Notes under the pieces: generated by a model
What the model was told of the DNA's origin: nothing
What the model saw: only the letters and a program-made list of their open reading frames with translations
Database searches by the model: none
NCBI GenBank assembly: GCA_003693705.1
Contig: RBZT01000234.1
Location: forward strand, 20,282-84,281
From: Polymyxa betae A26-41
Lineage: Eukaryota; Protista; Endomyxa: Phytomyxea
Length of the DNA stretch: 64,000 nucleotides
Reading direction: 5' to 3'
Shown here: in pieces, positions 13,127 to 25,900 of the stretch
Position numbering within the stretch: the stretch's first letter is position 1
Layout: the number at the start of each line of letters is the position of its first letter
Position numbers and translations under genes: made by a program

Positions 13127-13205
13127 CCTTTTCGTACGCTAATAGCCTTAATCAATCTACTTCAGCGAAACAATATAACGCATCCAGAGCAGCTCGCTTC
13201 TGATA

Positions 13206-14018
13206 TTATGTATTGTTGTCAAGATCCTCTAGAAACAGCTGCCTTGCTTGTGCCATTAAGCTCGGTACTGCCATCATGGCCAAGATAGCAGCTCTTCTCT
13301 CAGTGAACAAATGCCCATTTCGTGTCTGTGATGGTCTAGCTCTGGAAATTGGAGGCTGTCCAGATTTGCTTTTCGGTCTTCTCCAGGGCAGAATTGGTGC
13401 CATCGATATTAGAACCTGGCCCAAAGCTCTCTGGACGTCGTCCTGGACAGGTCTCCCATTTGGGTCGAAATATTGTCTTAGTCCCATCAATAAGAAAGCA
13501 ATGTCGAGATTGTCATCGCTAGCTCCATTTTGTTGAAACATTTCGCTTCCTAATAGGCGGCTAACGGTCAAAAGGAAGATCACCTTCCTCGCCAATATCC
13601 TCATGCCTCTATGATGATCTAGAGCTCGCTTATGGATTTGTTCCTCTTCAAGTGATCTTGAAGTTGTTATGGCTGCAAATTCTGATGGAATTGGCGGCCA
13701 GGGGTTTGGATTGGCAAACATTTTCATCGTCGTTGGCTGTCCGCTTTCTTGCGTTAAGAACTCCTTGATCGCTTGCTGGATGCGGAATTGTGCCATATCG
13801 GATGAAAGCGACGTTTTCAGAAACGTATCCAGTTGGCTGACAGAAAACTGCTGCTGATTCGACGCATTGGCTGAAGATAGATTCCTGATTGACGATTTTG
13901 GTGAGATTTGTAGTCTCTGAGAATTTACATACAGTTTGCTTGTGGCCGCTTGCATGCCAATCGCTTCTCGAATGATGATGACATTGATAATCACGAGGTT
14001 AGTCAGTCGCCAATTCAT
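13206..14018 (-). CDS. Hypothetical protein, possible N-terminal signal peptide
   Basis: Intronless ORF of ~270 aa from ATG 14018 (MNWRLTNLVIINVIIIREAIG). No domain recognised. Confidence 0.6.
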   Translation of the reverse strand: MNWRLTNLVIINVIIIREAIGMQAATSKLYVNSQRLQISPKSSIRNLSSANASNQQQFSVSQLDTFLKTSLSSDMAQFRIQQAIKEFLTQESGQPTTMKMFANPNPWPPIPSEFAAITTSRSLEEEQIHKRALDHHRGMRILARKVIFLLTVSRLLGSEMFQQNGASDDNLDIAFLLMGLRQYFDPNGRPVQDDVQRALGQVLISMAPILPWRRPKSKSGQPPISRARPSQTRNGHLFTERRAAILAMMAVPSLMAQARQLFLEDLDNNT

Positions 14019-14263
14019 CGATGACGCCAACAGGGCAACCGAAACCGATGTCGAACCTACCTGGCCGCCAAACGTCCTTGCGCACAAGGGCCCGACCCGA
14101 TTAAGTGCCTGGCGACACTTAGCCTAAATCGGGTCTTGCCGCCTTCAAAGCCCCGAGACTTCGGAAAAATCCCCCCAACTACACAATGCTTCGATTCTCA
14201 TTCTTAGCTGATAATCGACTATAATCATTGTCCCAGGTTAAAATGCCCTTCTCTTTGGGTTGC

Positions 14264-15025
14264 TTATTTATCAGTGATAGAGATGTATGGATCAGGTGAT
14301 ATATCTACAGGCTGGAATTCGATAGCAGCTGCAGTCACCAGCGCTTTACCGAATTCGTTGGCGACCGCAGCCAGAGCTAGTAAAATACTGATCAGACGAT
14401 CTTCAACCAGTGAAAACTCGGCAATGGAACAAATCGCTCCTCGGCGCATGCACCGCTCCATTGCGAATTTATCTTTGGCATCAGCATCGTCTTTCATTTT
14501 GGCACATTGCCCAAAACGCTCGCCGAGAACGAAACAGAACCCTTCTTCGTCTTCCTCCGGTCTAGCCTTGATTTTACCACTACTGAGGCAAAATCTGACA
14601 TACTTTAACGACTCCCATGCGACAAGATCAATGGGTGGTAAGGCCCACGAGCTAAACAAATCCAGCAGGTTAGAGAGAATCGACTCGGGCGATAATTCAG
14701 GAATCAAGGCCATATTGGTGGCCTCAACGGGTATCTTATGACCATTGATCATGAGGTATGGAAACGACGCTTCTTCTTGCTGTTCCGGTTTGATAATCTG
14801 ATAGACTTCACGACGTCGTTCGACAGGCATCGCTTGCCAGACATGGCGAATGGCCGATTCGTGCGCATTCCAGAATCGCTGCAGTTGCGCGTGCAGATGC
14901 CGAACAGCGGCTAGGCGCTGGACATGAACCGAATCGCCATCGATGGGCGAGCTTGGAAGCTGATCGTGATCCTCGACCTGATTGTCATTGGCATTGGCCT
15001 CTGATTCAAGAACCACACGACCCAT
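14264..15025 (-). CDS. Hypothetical protein
   Basis: Intronless ORF of ~253 aa from ATG 15025 with a globular-looking composition. Confidence 0.7.
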   Translation of the reverse strand: MGRVVLESEANANDNQVEDHDQLPSSPIDGDSVHVQRLAAVRHLHAQLQRFWNAHESAIRHVWQAMPVERRREVYQIIKPEQQEEASFPYLMINGHKIPVEATNMALIPELSPESILSNLLDLFSSWALPPIDLVAWESLKYVRFCLSSGKIKARPEEDEEGFCFVLGERFGQCAKMKDDADAKDKFAMERCMRRGAICSIAEFSLVEDRLISILLALAAVANEFGKALVTAAAIEFQPVDISPDPYISITDK

Positions 15026-15481
15026 GATGACGAAGTAATCGACGACAAGCTTAGATGAGTGGCCGCGCCCCACTGGGCAATGCGGCCTCTCATCCTTTCC
15101 ATCTTCGTTTTTCTTTCGTGAAAGCGTTCAGAATCATATTTGGACGGCATACGAGAGAGCCCGCTGAGCCGCTGCGGCTTTCATGATTCGACATCGCTTC
15201 CGACTTTTGGTCTCCGGCTCGACCACTTCTTTGGAGTCCAGGGAATCATCTCCAGGGCGAGATTCTGTTTCGTGGCATTACACATTCGTTAATTCATCCA
15301 GTAAGAACTCTATCGGATGTCAATTTCTCGACAAATATATAAGCATTTTTGACAATGCATTATTAGCTGTTATTTCAGGATTCCTCTGCTTTTCTGCAAG
15401 CTTCCTTTGAAAGTTTTTTCATTCTAACGTAGATTTATTGCTGTTGCTGGTTCTGGTAGATTTATTACACTCGCAATAGAG

Positions 15482-16864
15482 TTACTTCTTTTTTGCTCCC
15501 TTCCCAGATTTTGATTTTCCCGATTTTTTCTTCTTCTTTTGTGCAGCCCTTTCGGCTCGTTTCTGTTTGGCGTTTCGCCATGCTTTCTGGATGGTGGCAG
15601 CTGCGTCTTTGAGGCGTTGAACATCGGCATCCTTCTCCGCCTGGATCTTGGCGGCTGCAGCTTCTTGCGCTAGGCGTTCTTCTCGTTCCTGTTCCATTTT
15701 CCACCGAGCTTCTAGCTGATCCAGCTGTTCTTTCGCCTCGGGATATTGTGTTTTTAGCTGCGACAGCTCTTCCTTTTTCTCTGCGAGCTCCTCTGCAAAT
15801 TTCGCTTCCCATGATGCCAGTTTCTGTCATTTTCATGTCGTTTTCAGCTTTTGTAAGAACAGTCGATGAAGCCTACCGATCTGTTGGTTTCGATCTGTCG
15901 TTCCAGAAACTCTTTCGACTTCCCCGAAACTTTCGCTTCTCGCTCGCTGTCGGCTTCGCATTGTGCAATTTCTAGCGACACTGTTTGTTAGTTGCTCTGA
16001 GGATCAATATCTAGACTACCATGTCGTATGGCTTCGTGCTCGTTCAGGCGTAATCTTTGCACCGTATTAATCGAGGCTTTGGAGATATCGGTCTCTAATT
16101 TGGCCTGGACCGCAAGATCATCGGTCGCTTTCTTCAGTTCGCCTGTCAGTTGTGTGATAGCATCATCGATGTCTGCGTTTCGTTCTGCGAATTGATCCTC
16201 GATTTGCTGAAGTTCTGTTTCTAAAGCCTGGCGCTGCGCTTCAGCTGCACTTTGTCTTTGCAGCGTCTCTTTCAGCTGGCGATCTTGGCTCAGGCACCGC
16301 CACACCTATATGGATCCTTAGCTGATGGTTCAGCACCCCCAAGACTGTCAACCTTCTCGGATAATGAGGTGAACGTTCGTTCGGGTTCTGACAAATCGAA
16401 GACGAGCTGCTTGAGTTGATCGACCAGACTGGAACACTCGGTGGCGATCTCGCCCAATTTCCTGACATGTTCCGGGTCTTCGGCGCCCATGGCTTTTGCG
16501 ATCGATCTGCGACAATAACGCAGGTTTTCGACGGTTTCGGTCAGTTCGTGCTCCACATCCGTCGCGTTTCTTCTGGACAGCTCATCGGTCTTGGTTGACC
16601 TTTACGAATCGTCATCTGCCAAGATCTATATGGAACAAGCGAATACTTCGAGGTTTCACGGCTCTGTGCTAATTTGTGATATTGTTCCTGCATATCAGCT
16701 TGTGTATTCAGCAGGGACGTCATCGTGGCCCTTGCCGCCGCCGATCGTTTGCCGACCTGCTCCGATCGAACATGCTTCTGCAGGCATCGAAGCAGTTCGA
16801 GGCGTTGGATGGTCTCTTCAACGACAACCGAGAACCGCGCCGCATCGGTTTCAGACAATGACAT
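15482..16864 (-). CDS. DRC9: Dynein regulatory complex subunit 9 (IQCG-like; DRC10/IQCD is the alternative)
   Basis: Coiled-coil exons (EETIQRLELL; LSEPERTFTSLSEKV; IDDAITQLTGELK), a C-terminal IQ motif AAATIQKAWR and a Lys/Gly tail KKKKKSGKSKSGKGAKKK. Confidence 0.75.
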
Positions 16865-16966
16865 TGTCTGATAGAAACCCTAATTAGGGCCGAGTACTTG
16901 ATACGATCTCGTAATAAAGCTGTGAATGGAACTTGTGAATGTATTATACTATGTCTATAGATTCAT

Positions 16967-19900
16967 CTAATAACGGGATTCCAGCCATTGTAGCAGATCT
17001 ACATATCGGCCGCTTTGTCTCACTGCAACAAAATCAGTTGAGGAATTGGAATGATCATGGTCATGGGACGTACACATGAGTTTTCCCTGTATGATCTGGA
17101 TATAGAGCCGATCTCGACCCAATCGATAAATAAAATCATCCTCTCTAGCGATAGGAATCGTGACATTCATCTGCTGGAATCTCTGCTTCAGATGTTCAAT
17201 GGCTCGATCAACTGTCTCTGCATTCTGCAACAGCAATCAGCACCAAACCAACACTGAATCATGATCTCGTAATCCTACAGCTCGTGATGGCGTCTTCCTC
17301 TCACCCTTCTTCGATCTCCTCGGATTTCTCGCTTCGCCTTTTCTCGTTCCGGGAACATTCCACTCGATTGGCTCCGTCACGACGCCTTCCTTCACAGCCG
17401 TATCCGTAGCAGACGACAATCGCCGAATGAGATCATCGGCGATGGATTTCGCTGTTAGCCTCCTCTGCCTTTCTAGCTGTAGCTCCATATCATTGGCCTC
17501 AGCCTCAGCACTGGCCGCATGCAGAGCCATCGCTAAACTTTCCAGCTGAGCACTGAGTTTCATTTTTTCCTGCGGTGGCGGCGGCGTCTCTATCAGCTCC
17601 GGCACCGGCGCGGACGTCGTCATCTGCGCCAGCTGTTCCAAGGCTTCGTCGCGCTCCTTCTCCACCGTATACAGAGTCAACGTTGTCATGCGCAGCTTCT
17701 CTTTGAGTTTGTTCATCTCGGATTCCAGACGACGAATCTCGGCGCCGAGATCGGGCTCCGGACTGGCGAGGAGATCGTCCTCGGTTCCCGCCAGCACCTG
17801 TAACGCCAATGGAGCCGCCGCCGCCGCCACATCGCTTCCGCCCTCCATCTATTCGATCTCTAATTGCAGATCGTTCGTGGTACCATCACCAATAAACAAA
17901 TCCGAGAGCGTCCTGATTTATTGCGATTCCCGAACCGGCGCCATCATGTCGCTGTATTTCGGCCAGCACGACGGCGATGGCGGCGATGGCGACGGGCGCC
18001 AGACCAGGCCGCGGGAGCGCTCGGTCAGCTCGCGGCGCAGGCGGTCGGCGTTCAGCTCGAAAACTGTCAGGTTCTCCTTCTCCGGATTCAGGAGGTGACA
18101 GTCGTCGTCGTACTGGCCCTGGATATCCTCGAGGCAGCACTGTGTGCGGACGGGGTCACGGATACCGCTGTATCTCCATTGAAGCAGGGCTCTGTATAGG
18201 TGACGGTGTTGATGACGTCGCAGACAGGCCCGGAGTGCGGCCCGACCACGCACTCGCCGCAGCCAGACCTGGAACACGGCTCGCACGCGATTCGGGTCGG
18301 ATCGGATCACGGCCGCTCTCATCATGAAATAATCGCGCCTAAAGCAGCGGGTGAGATTAAGACCATTATCTCCAGGGCGTGATTGCAACATACATTGTCG
18401 TGAGATCGCTCAGCGTCACCTGTAACGAATTCGTTTCGGCGTGTAACGTATCCAACTGGGACCGGAGCTGTCCCACGACCAGATCATGTCGATCTTGGGC
18501 CTGATTCAGTTCGATCTGTTTCTCTTCATTATACACAGCCAGACGTGTTAATAATCGATTTCTATCGGCTTGTAATCGTCTCATATCTTCTTCAATCTTA
18601 TGACGATATTCATCCAGTTCACGACATCGACCATGCGCAGCCACCAACCCCTCGTACTGATCCCGTAACGTATCCGACTCACAGCTGGCCGCCGCCAGAC
18701 GTCGCCGTAGCACCAGGCACGCCCATCGCAACAGGTCATTGCGCCGGGCCAATACGACCCCGGTCTGGTGCCAGAGGCGGATCAGGTGCACGGGGCGGAT
18801 CGGCGCCGGTGTCTGTGGAGGCGGCAGCGCCCGCCACCGCTGTAACGCAAGACCCAGGTGCCAGCGGGCGGCGTCCCGCACCCGGACCAGTACGGCGCGT
18901 TTCAATCGCCGACAGCGGGACGCGTCCGCGTGCCAGGCCGAGACGATGCGGGCCTGCAGGTGCCGGACGCGCTCCTGACGGAGTCCGAAGAGTGCGCCGA
19001 GGCGGCAGCTTTGGGCGCCGCGTCTCTGCCATCCTGTGTGCGTATGATCGGATCAGAGCGAGCCCGGACCCCGGATTGGACCAGTACGTACGGCGGAAGT
19101 AGATTGCGCAGCGCTGATGACGGGAACGTGCCATGACGAGTCCGCTCAGGAGGAGGTAGTACGACTGAATGAGGCTGGAGCCCAGTGACCAGCGGCGTAG
19201 GGCGAAACGTTGCTGTTGGCGTCGGGCCAGGGCCAGTACGCGCCGGATCCGTTCCCGGCGCTGTCCGTATGCTGCATGTGTCAGACGCCAGGCCCGCCAC
19301 TATGAAACATAATCAGATTAGATGGTGAATGAAAAAGCATTATGTAACACACCGCATCAGTGATGGTGATGTAACGTGAACATCGCCGAGCTGTACGATT
19401 ACGGACTGTAGCGTGTTTCCATCCGCATAGAACTTGTCTCTAATGTGTAATATATCAGATATTATGCAGATAGGAGATCACGGACATTGAATGGACCTTG
19501 ATAGATGTAGCTCTATGTTTATGTGATTCCTGAATATGAAATCGTTCTGTACAGCGATCGGACTTATATGAACGCCATGAATAGAATGTATCTGTTAATA
19601 GTTGTATGATATGATGTGATTCATGAGTAAGTTCAATATTCAATTGCATCAGGGCAGTATGACGTCTATCAGCGGCAGTCCACTGAAATCGTCTGCCGAC
19701 CAATCAGTACATGAACCGATTTCTTTCAGACGATTTTCAATCACATGAATGCAGCTCGAAGACAGCGCCATCTCTGTATCTGATCGATTCTCTCAAACAG
19801 GCTCTGAAACCTCCGCAGCTGACTGCAATAACGACGCCACGATCGTATCGCCATCGTCACCGACCTCCTCTGAGCATCATTCAGGCACTCGCAGAAACCA

Positions 19901-22900
19901 ATACAAATGTTGCTTCGACCTGGATCGTGCATCTGCATCGTATGAAGGCGCTCTGCACTAAATGCGTCCATTGTATGAAGGATCTCCATCGACCAACTCC
20001 GTGGTGAAGTCCATTGTGTCGACCGATCATCAGACTGCGTCTGACGGCATCTCTACACCAAGCCACCCCACCATCAGTCATGACAATCACCCCACAACCC
20101 CATATTCGTTACCGTTTCAGGCGGTCACGCTGTACACGCGCCGTCCAGGTCCGCAGCGACCGCAGCAGGACGCGGGCACGGAGTTCCCCGCACAGACCAC
20201 GGCGCACACGATTCCTCTCCGTGATGATCCGCAGCGCCAGCAGGCCGCGCTCATACCACGCCAATCGCTGCCGTAACTCTACCAAGGGACCCCGTCAGCA
20301 TCGGGGGCCAGTACGGCCATAGGCGATCGACCGAACCGGATCGGGCGGAAACGCGAGCGAGTGCCGCCTGATGGGAGCGTTGACGAGCGCTGTCCTGGGC
20401 GCAGTGCGAAGACCAATGATGTAACGCGGATTGTAACGCCCTGATTCGTTACACAGTGTTAACGTGACACCCAATGTGGTCCGTGAGCCGTACCGGAGTC
20501 GGGAACTTTCAGCCAGAAGCCGGACCGTGACCTGTAACGCACGGGCACCCGCCGATCGCAACTGACGACATTGGCTGCGGTGTTGTTCGACCTGGCACAC
20601 GCGAGCTATGTAACGTTGCCTGCGTTACAACACGCATTAACGGTTACATTGTGCAGCGGGGTGAGTCCGGTACGACCGGCTTACCATCGATCGAACGCCG
20701 ATCCAACTCGGGAGCGTCGAGCGATCCTCGACATAGTCTGCAAAATGTAACGTCGCCGACGACGTCGCCCGACGTAACGTCTCCATTCCTGAAACGTAAA
20801 CGGCAATCATCAGTCAAAGTGACAGCAGCCTCACAAGAGGTTGTTTTACAAGAAACGCGTAACGTGACTTGACGTGTTCACAGACACGCCGGACGATTGT
20901 AACGTGATTCTGTACTTGACGGTGATCGGACACGTAACTCTGCCAGTCATGCCACGCATGTCGGACGCGGCTCCGGACCCAGACCTTCACACATCGCGAC
21001 AGACTGCGCAGTCTAGCAACCCGGTGGGCGTACTGCCCCAGCCAGCACTGCAGCACGCGATACTTGATGTTACGAATACCACGACGTGATATTTGCTGGG
21101 CGGTGATATCGGCCTCTTTATCGAGCTATAGCGTATGGTAAGTGATGGAAACCCTAAACCCTAAGGGTTTTACGTACATGCGCCTGACGGTTCCATTTCC
21201 TTAAAGTATGCAGTGCGTGACGTCGCAGATGATGGCGAGAGACCCGGAATATCAAGCTGCGAATCATTGCGGTCTGGTAACGTCTGCTGCACCATCGCTG
21301 CAGCCAGCGCCGTTTCGCAGATAGCCGATGCGTGCGCGCTTGTTGTCGGTGTAGCTTGGCAGTCCGCCAACGCGACCAACTGGACATTACACGGCGCAAA
21401 CGGATCCGGGTATCGAAATGTGCCAGTGCCTGTGCAATAACGTTACAATGCTCAAGTCACGATAACGTTTCGCCAACTGCGAACCAGGGTCTGATAACGT
21501 AACCGGCGGTCCTCATCGACGTAGCGTTGCCACAGATGTAACGCGATCGCTATGGCGCGTTGACGCTTGCGACGGACTGCACGACGGATCAGACGGAGAC
21601 GTCGCGCTGAGCGTTGCCACGTTCGCAAAGTCCGCGATACGAAACGACCTTGGTAACGAGAATCCAGGACAGCATCATGATGCCGTTCACTGTCACATTT
21701 CTGCCTGGTTCACAGTCAGTAAACCCTAACCCTAGAGCCCTAAGACCCTAATCCTACTTCCATTTCTGGAATGCCATACAGACACTGTATGTGTTCATCT
21801 TGGTCATACAGCGGCATAATGCGCGACGGACATGTTGTCTGTCACGGACTCCGTCACGCCATTTTTGCAGCACACGTTTACGTAACAGGTACCGCACGCT
21901 ACACAGCAATCAGCTCGGGCATCTTCACATATTGGTAACATTAACAGACCGTTCACGATACAGCTGCTGATGTTTCCGTCTTTGCACATATCGTCTCCAG
22001 GCCGATATCGTTCGCATACAGATACGCAGGTCGTACACGCCCTGGGCCTTCTTCTCACCCAGTTCCTGCGCAACCACACACCTCAGCCTCTCTGTATTAT
22101 TATTGCTACCACGGATCAGTATGACCTGGGTCATATCGAGCAGTTTGTTCTTGAGATAGGCGACGTACCAGCCCCGTACACAGTGACGCAGCCTGCGATG
22201 TCGTTGAAGTAGCGTTGACCGCACCATACTACAGCGACTGTCAGAGAGGGCGGACTCCGTGACGGAGATGATGGATGGATCCCACCTTGTTCTGGTATGT
22301 TTCTGGATTCTGATGAATGATCTCCAGCGGAGGAACGTGGATACTAAGGCCCGTAGACAGTATGCGGCCTGTGTCTGTAGTAGCCGAGGTAACATAAGAT
22401 CCATGAATGACTCGATTGTTCGAGGTGGATTCTGTATCGGTACTGAATAGAGCAACGTGTTAAGTATGATCTGTAGAACTGCAGATATACGTTACCATTG
22501 GTGTATACGATACCGGACATGGGACTGCGAGCTAATGATACGTTCTTCGATGCACAGGCCCGCTCAAGAAGCGGGATCGGAATCGTGATGGAAGATCGCG
22601 TGTTTTGATACCATGTACGTAACGTTTTCGATAACTGGACAGACTCAACATCAATCATCATGTGCTGTAACGTTAAAAACACGGAACGCAACGTAAAGCA
22701 CCCGATCAAAAGCCCAGCCTCAATCAAACGCCATCGTTACCTGGCAATGAGTGATGCGTTTCACAAGATGGTGCAGTTGGAGACGACGGCGGTAACCCCA
22801 CCTCCATCTGAACCAGTAACGAAGCAGCCATCGTCTCTGTAACATCACTTCCTCGATCTGATCGATTTTATTCTGTAACCGATCCTGTCTCAATTGACGC

Positions 22901-25900
22901 CATTGAAAGGCCCATCGTCGCAGCCAGCGTCGTCGTCGTTCACGCTCAATATCATCGCGCTTCACACGACGACAACGCGCATATTGTTTCTGCATTTCCA
23001 CTGAGATTGGGGGAGCGGGGTTGGCGGGGGCCGGTATTACCCAGCATCGGAAGGCGATCTGGGCGCGGTTCTGGAGACAATGCGATCGCAGACGTTGGAA
23101 AACGTTGGAGCGGCGGATGGCTGAACGCCATATTGTGAAGCCATCGCGAACCTGATCGAAATTGAACAACGCTTTCAACAATGTGAGAAACAATTTGTTT
23201 AAAAAAAAATACAAAAAGACAGAAAAAATTCCATGAAAATGTGGACGACTTTGCCGTAGACCAGAATTCGGACCGCGTGATCCGCAAGGTAACGGAAGCG
23301 GTGGCCTTTCACAAGTGCGCGGCGCCACATGCACCAGCTGTAACGAATATACGATCTGCCAAATGGGTCGAATCACGTTTCATATCGTTGATCGGGTATC
23401 GTACCGGGTCCGTTTCCAGTTGGTGATGGCGTGTAACAGAGATGTAGCGTTAGACTCGTTATGATACAAGTTCCGATGCAGTAACGAGAGCCAGGCACGT
23501 AAACACCTAAGTCACTGTCAACTCCGTCCGTGATAACTGGAACCGAAAACCCTAGATAGCCGTAGGAGACAAATCCGGTGCAAACCAGGGTAACGTGTGC
23601 ACATACTGTCTCTGGCGGTTATTTACGATACGTTCAGGGACGTAACGTATGCGAGTACGATGAGCCGCGTAGTTCCGCCACCAGTGTATAGCGTTACCAA
23701 GAGCCACATAGCGTGATCGCCGTGCGACAGCATTGGCGCAGATCTGATTGGTGGCGGACGTGCGTGTAACGAGATGCCACTGGCGCCAAGCGTAACGTAA
23801 CTGACTGCGCAGGAACCGACTCACAGTCCGTGAGGCCAATTCACGCTGACGACGCCGTCGTAACGTGATATGCAGCCAACGATACAGCAGCTGCTGTTTG
23901 CGATGATGTCGACGTTGCGCCTGAAACGTTACGGCGACTTGAACAGGGAGTGGCGATACGGCCTGCCAACGTAACATAACGATACGTAAGAGACGCGCTT
24001 GAACAGTCTGTCCGATTCGAGCGATGGAACGGGCCGCGTTGTGTTGCGCTGTAGCGATCCGGCGCCAGTGCCGTAACGTAGAATGTAACGCCATGCGCAC
24101 ATAGCGTTGTAACAGCCGCTGACAGAGCGGTCCACGTCGAACATGATGACGCCACTGTCTCCATACGTTACAGACATTGCGCTGTTGGTCATGTAACATA
24201 ACCGCGTGCACCTTCCAGATACCCATCTGTAACATAATCAGCACGATTCCAAACGTCTCACGGTAACGTAAGCAGGTCAATCGGAACGTCAAATATGCCA
24301 ACAGACGATTTCATCCAGCGTCGATGATGGTCACGAAAAAACGAAAACCAGAAACGTTAGCACAGGGACTCACCTGAAGTCTGCGGTGTTGTATCTGTTT
24401 CGTTACAGCTGCATATGCAGTCCAGTGCCTCCATGCATTGCGGACCCTATCTGCCTGAGCTCGACACTAACGTAAACATAGGGGCAGGAGGTTAGTACCG
24501 AGCCGAGGTTAAAGAGTGACCTACCAGTGCCGCAACCAAACGCTTAGTACAGGCAACACGTTTCTCACGTAACGTGGCCCACTGCTGTAACATTCGTTCC
24601 CGGAGACGGGTCGACGAGCTGAAATTCAGGGCGATCTCGGTAGCGCGACGAGCTTGCGTCTGTATACCGACATGAGTAACGTTATAATAATGGCTTGGTT
24701 GTAACGTTACATTGGACTGGAGTTGAGCCCAGACATATTTCAGTCTTTCCAGTCGGACATGTAACAGCCGATAACAGATCAGCTGACGAGCTCGATGTCG
24801 GGCTGCAGTCCAGCGGCTCCCTGCGGACGTAACATCAAGGTTACGTTACGTGCAACATTACGGCCACGTTACAGGCATGGAATGCGGACACTACTGTACG
24901 CTGCCTCCATCGCACGATAATCTCACGGCGACGCTGACGCAATCGCCGGATACACGTTACCCATTTCTTGAGTAACAGAATCCCAGACCGGCGTGCGCAC
25001 CGTCGATCGATGCGACCTGCGTCATGGTGGTCAGGCTGGCCCCTATAGCGCGGGTAACGTGAATGCGGCCTGATATGTACCTAGTATCGTGTGCAGAGTC
25101 GATTTGCGCTGTCGGCTGCTCTGGACGTATTGGCGCCATCGCTGGAAACATGATCGTCGCGAATGTAACGTATTGGAGCATAACGACATCCATCGGGACA
25201 GTACAGCTATATGGGACAATCAGTTCCACAGCAATGACTGCAACGTAAGTGATTGAAATTCGGAACGGAAAGATCCAACAATAGGCCAGGTAGCAAAACT
25301 ATGATATTATGTTTCAACTGGAATAAACGTTACCGTGAATGAGATTTGGTGGTCTTTGTCCACGTCTCCATAAACGTAACGTGTGTCTTATAGTGAATGT
25401 GATCATGATATGACCGACCCGATTCCATAATCTTCTCATATAGATAGATCTCCTCATACTTAATAGACAGGATCGTAAAATCCGTCTCCGTCCATGATGT
25501 TCACTGCGTTCTTCACATCGCTGCTCGCTGCATTGGACAGCACGCCAATGCGACAGAGCGGCACGCATTCGGACGTAAATGTCACGGCGCAGGATACGTC
25601 GAAGTAGGTGGCGCCGATCTCGATGTAGTTGCCTCCATGCTTGTAATGCCAATCGCTGCCTGTATCGGCGTCGTAATCTGGCAGCCAGATACTCCGCCCC
25701 TATTCATGTTAGGGTTTTGAGGGTTTAGGGTTTAGGGTTTCTCACCTCGATATGCTAGGCCACCGAGCCGCCATTTTCGCCATGCTATCCTAAGACGAAC
25801 AGTACAACCGAGCTGGATTGATCGTTGTACGGCCTCCGTGCATTGTCGCCGTCGTACTAGCCGCTGATGCCAACGCAGGAACGTTGCACAGCCCAGCTGC

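Noticed and set aside
25709-25740. True telomere or assembly join
   Set aside because: There are only four units, bounded by GT/AG, and the reading frame continues across them.
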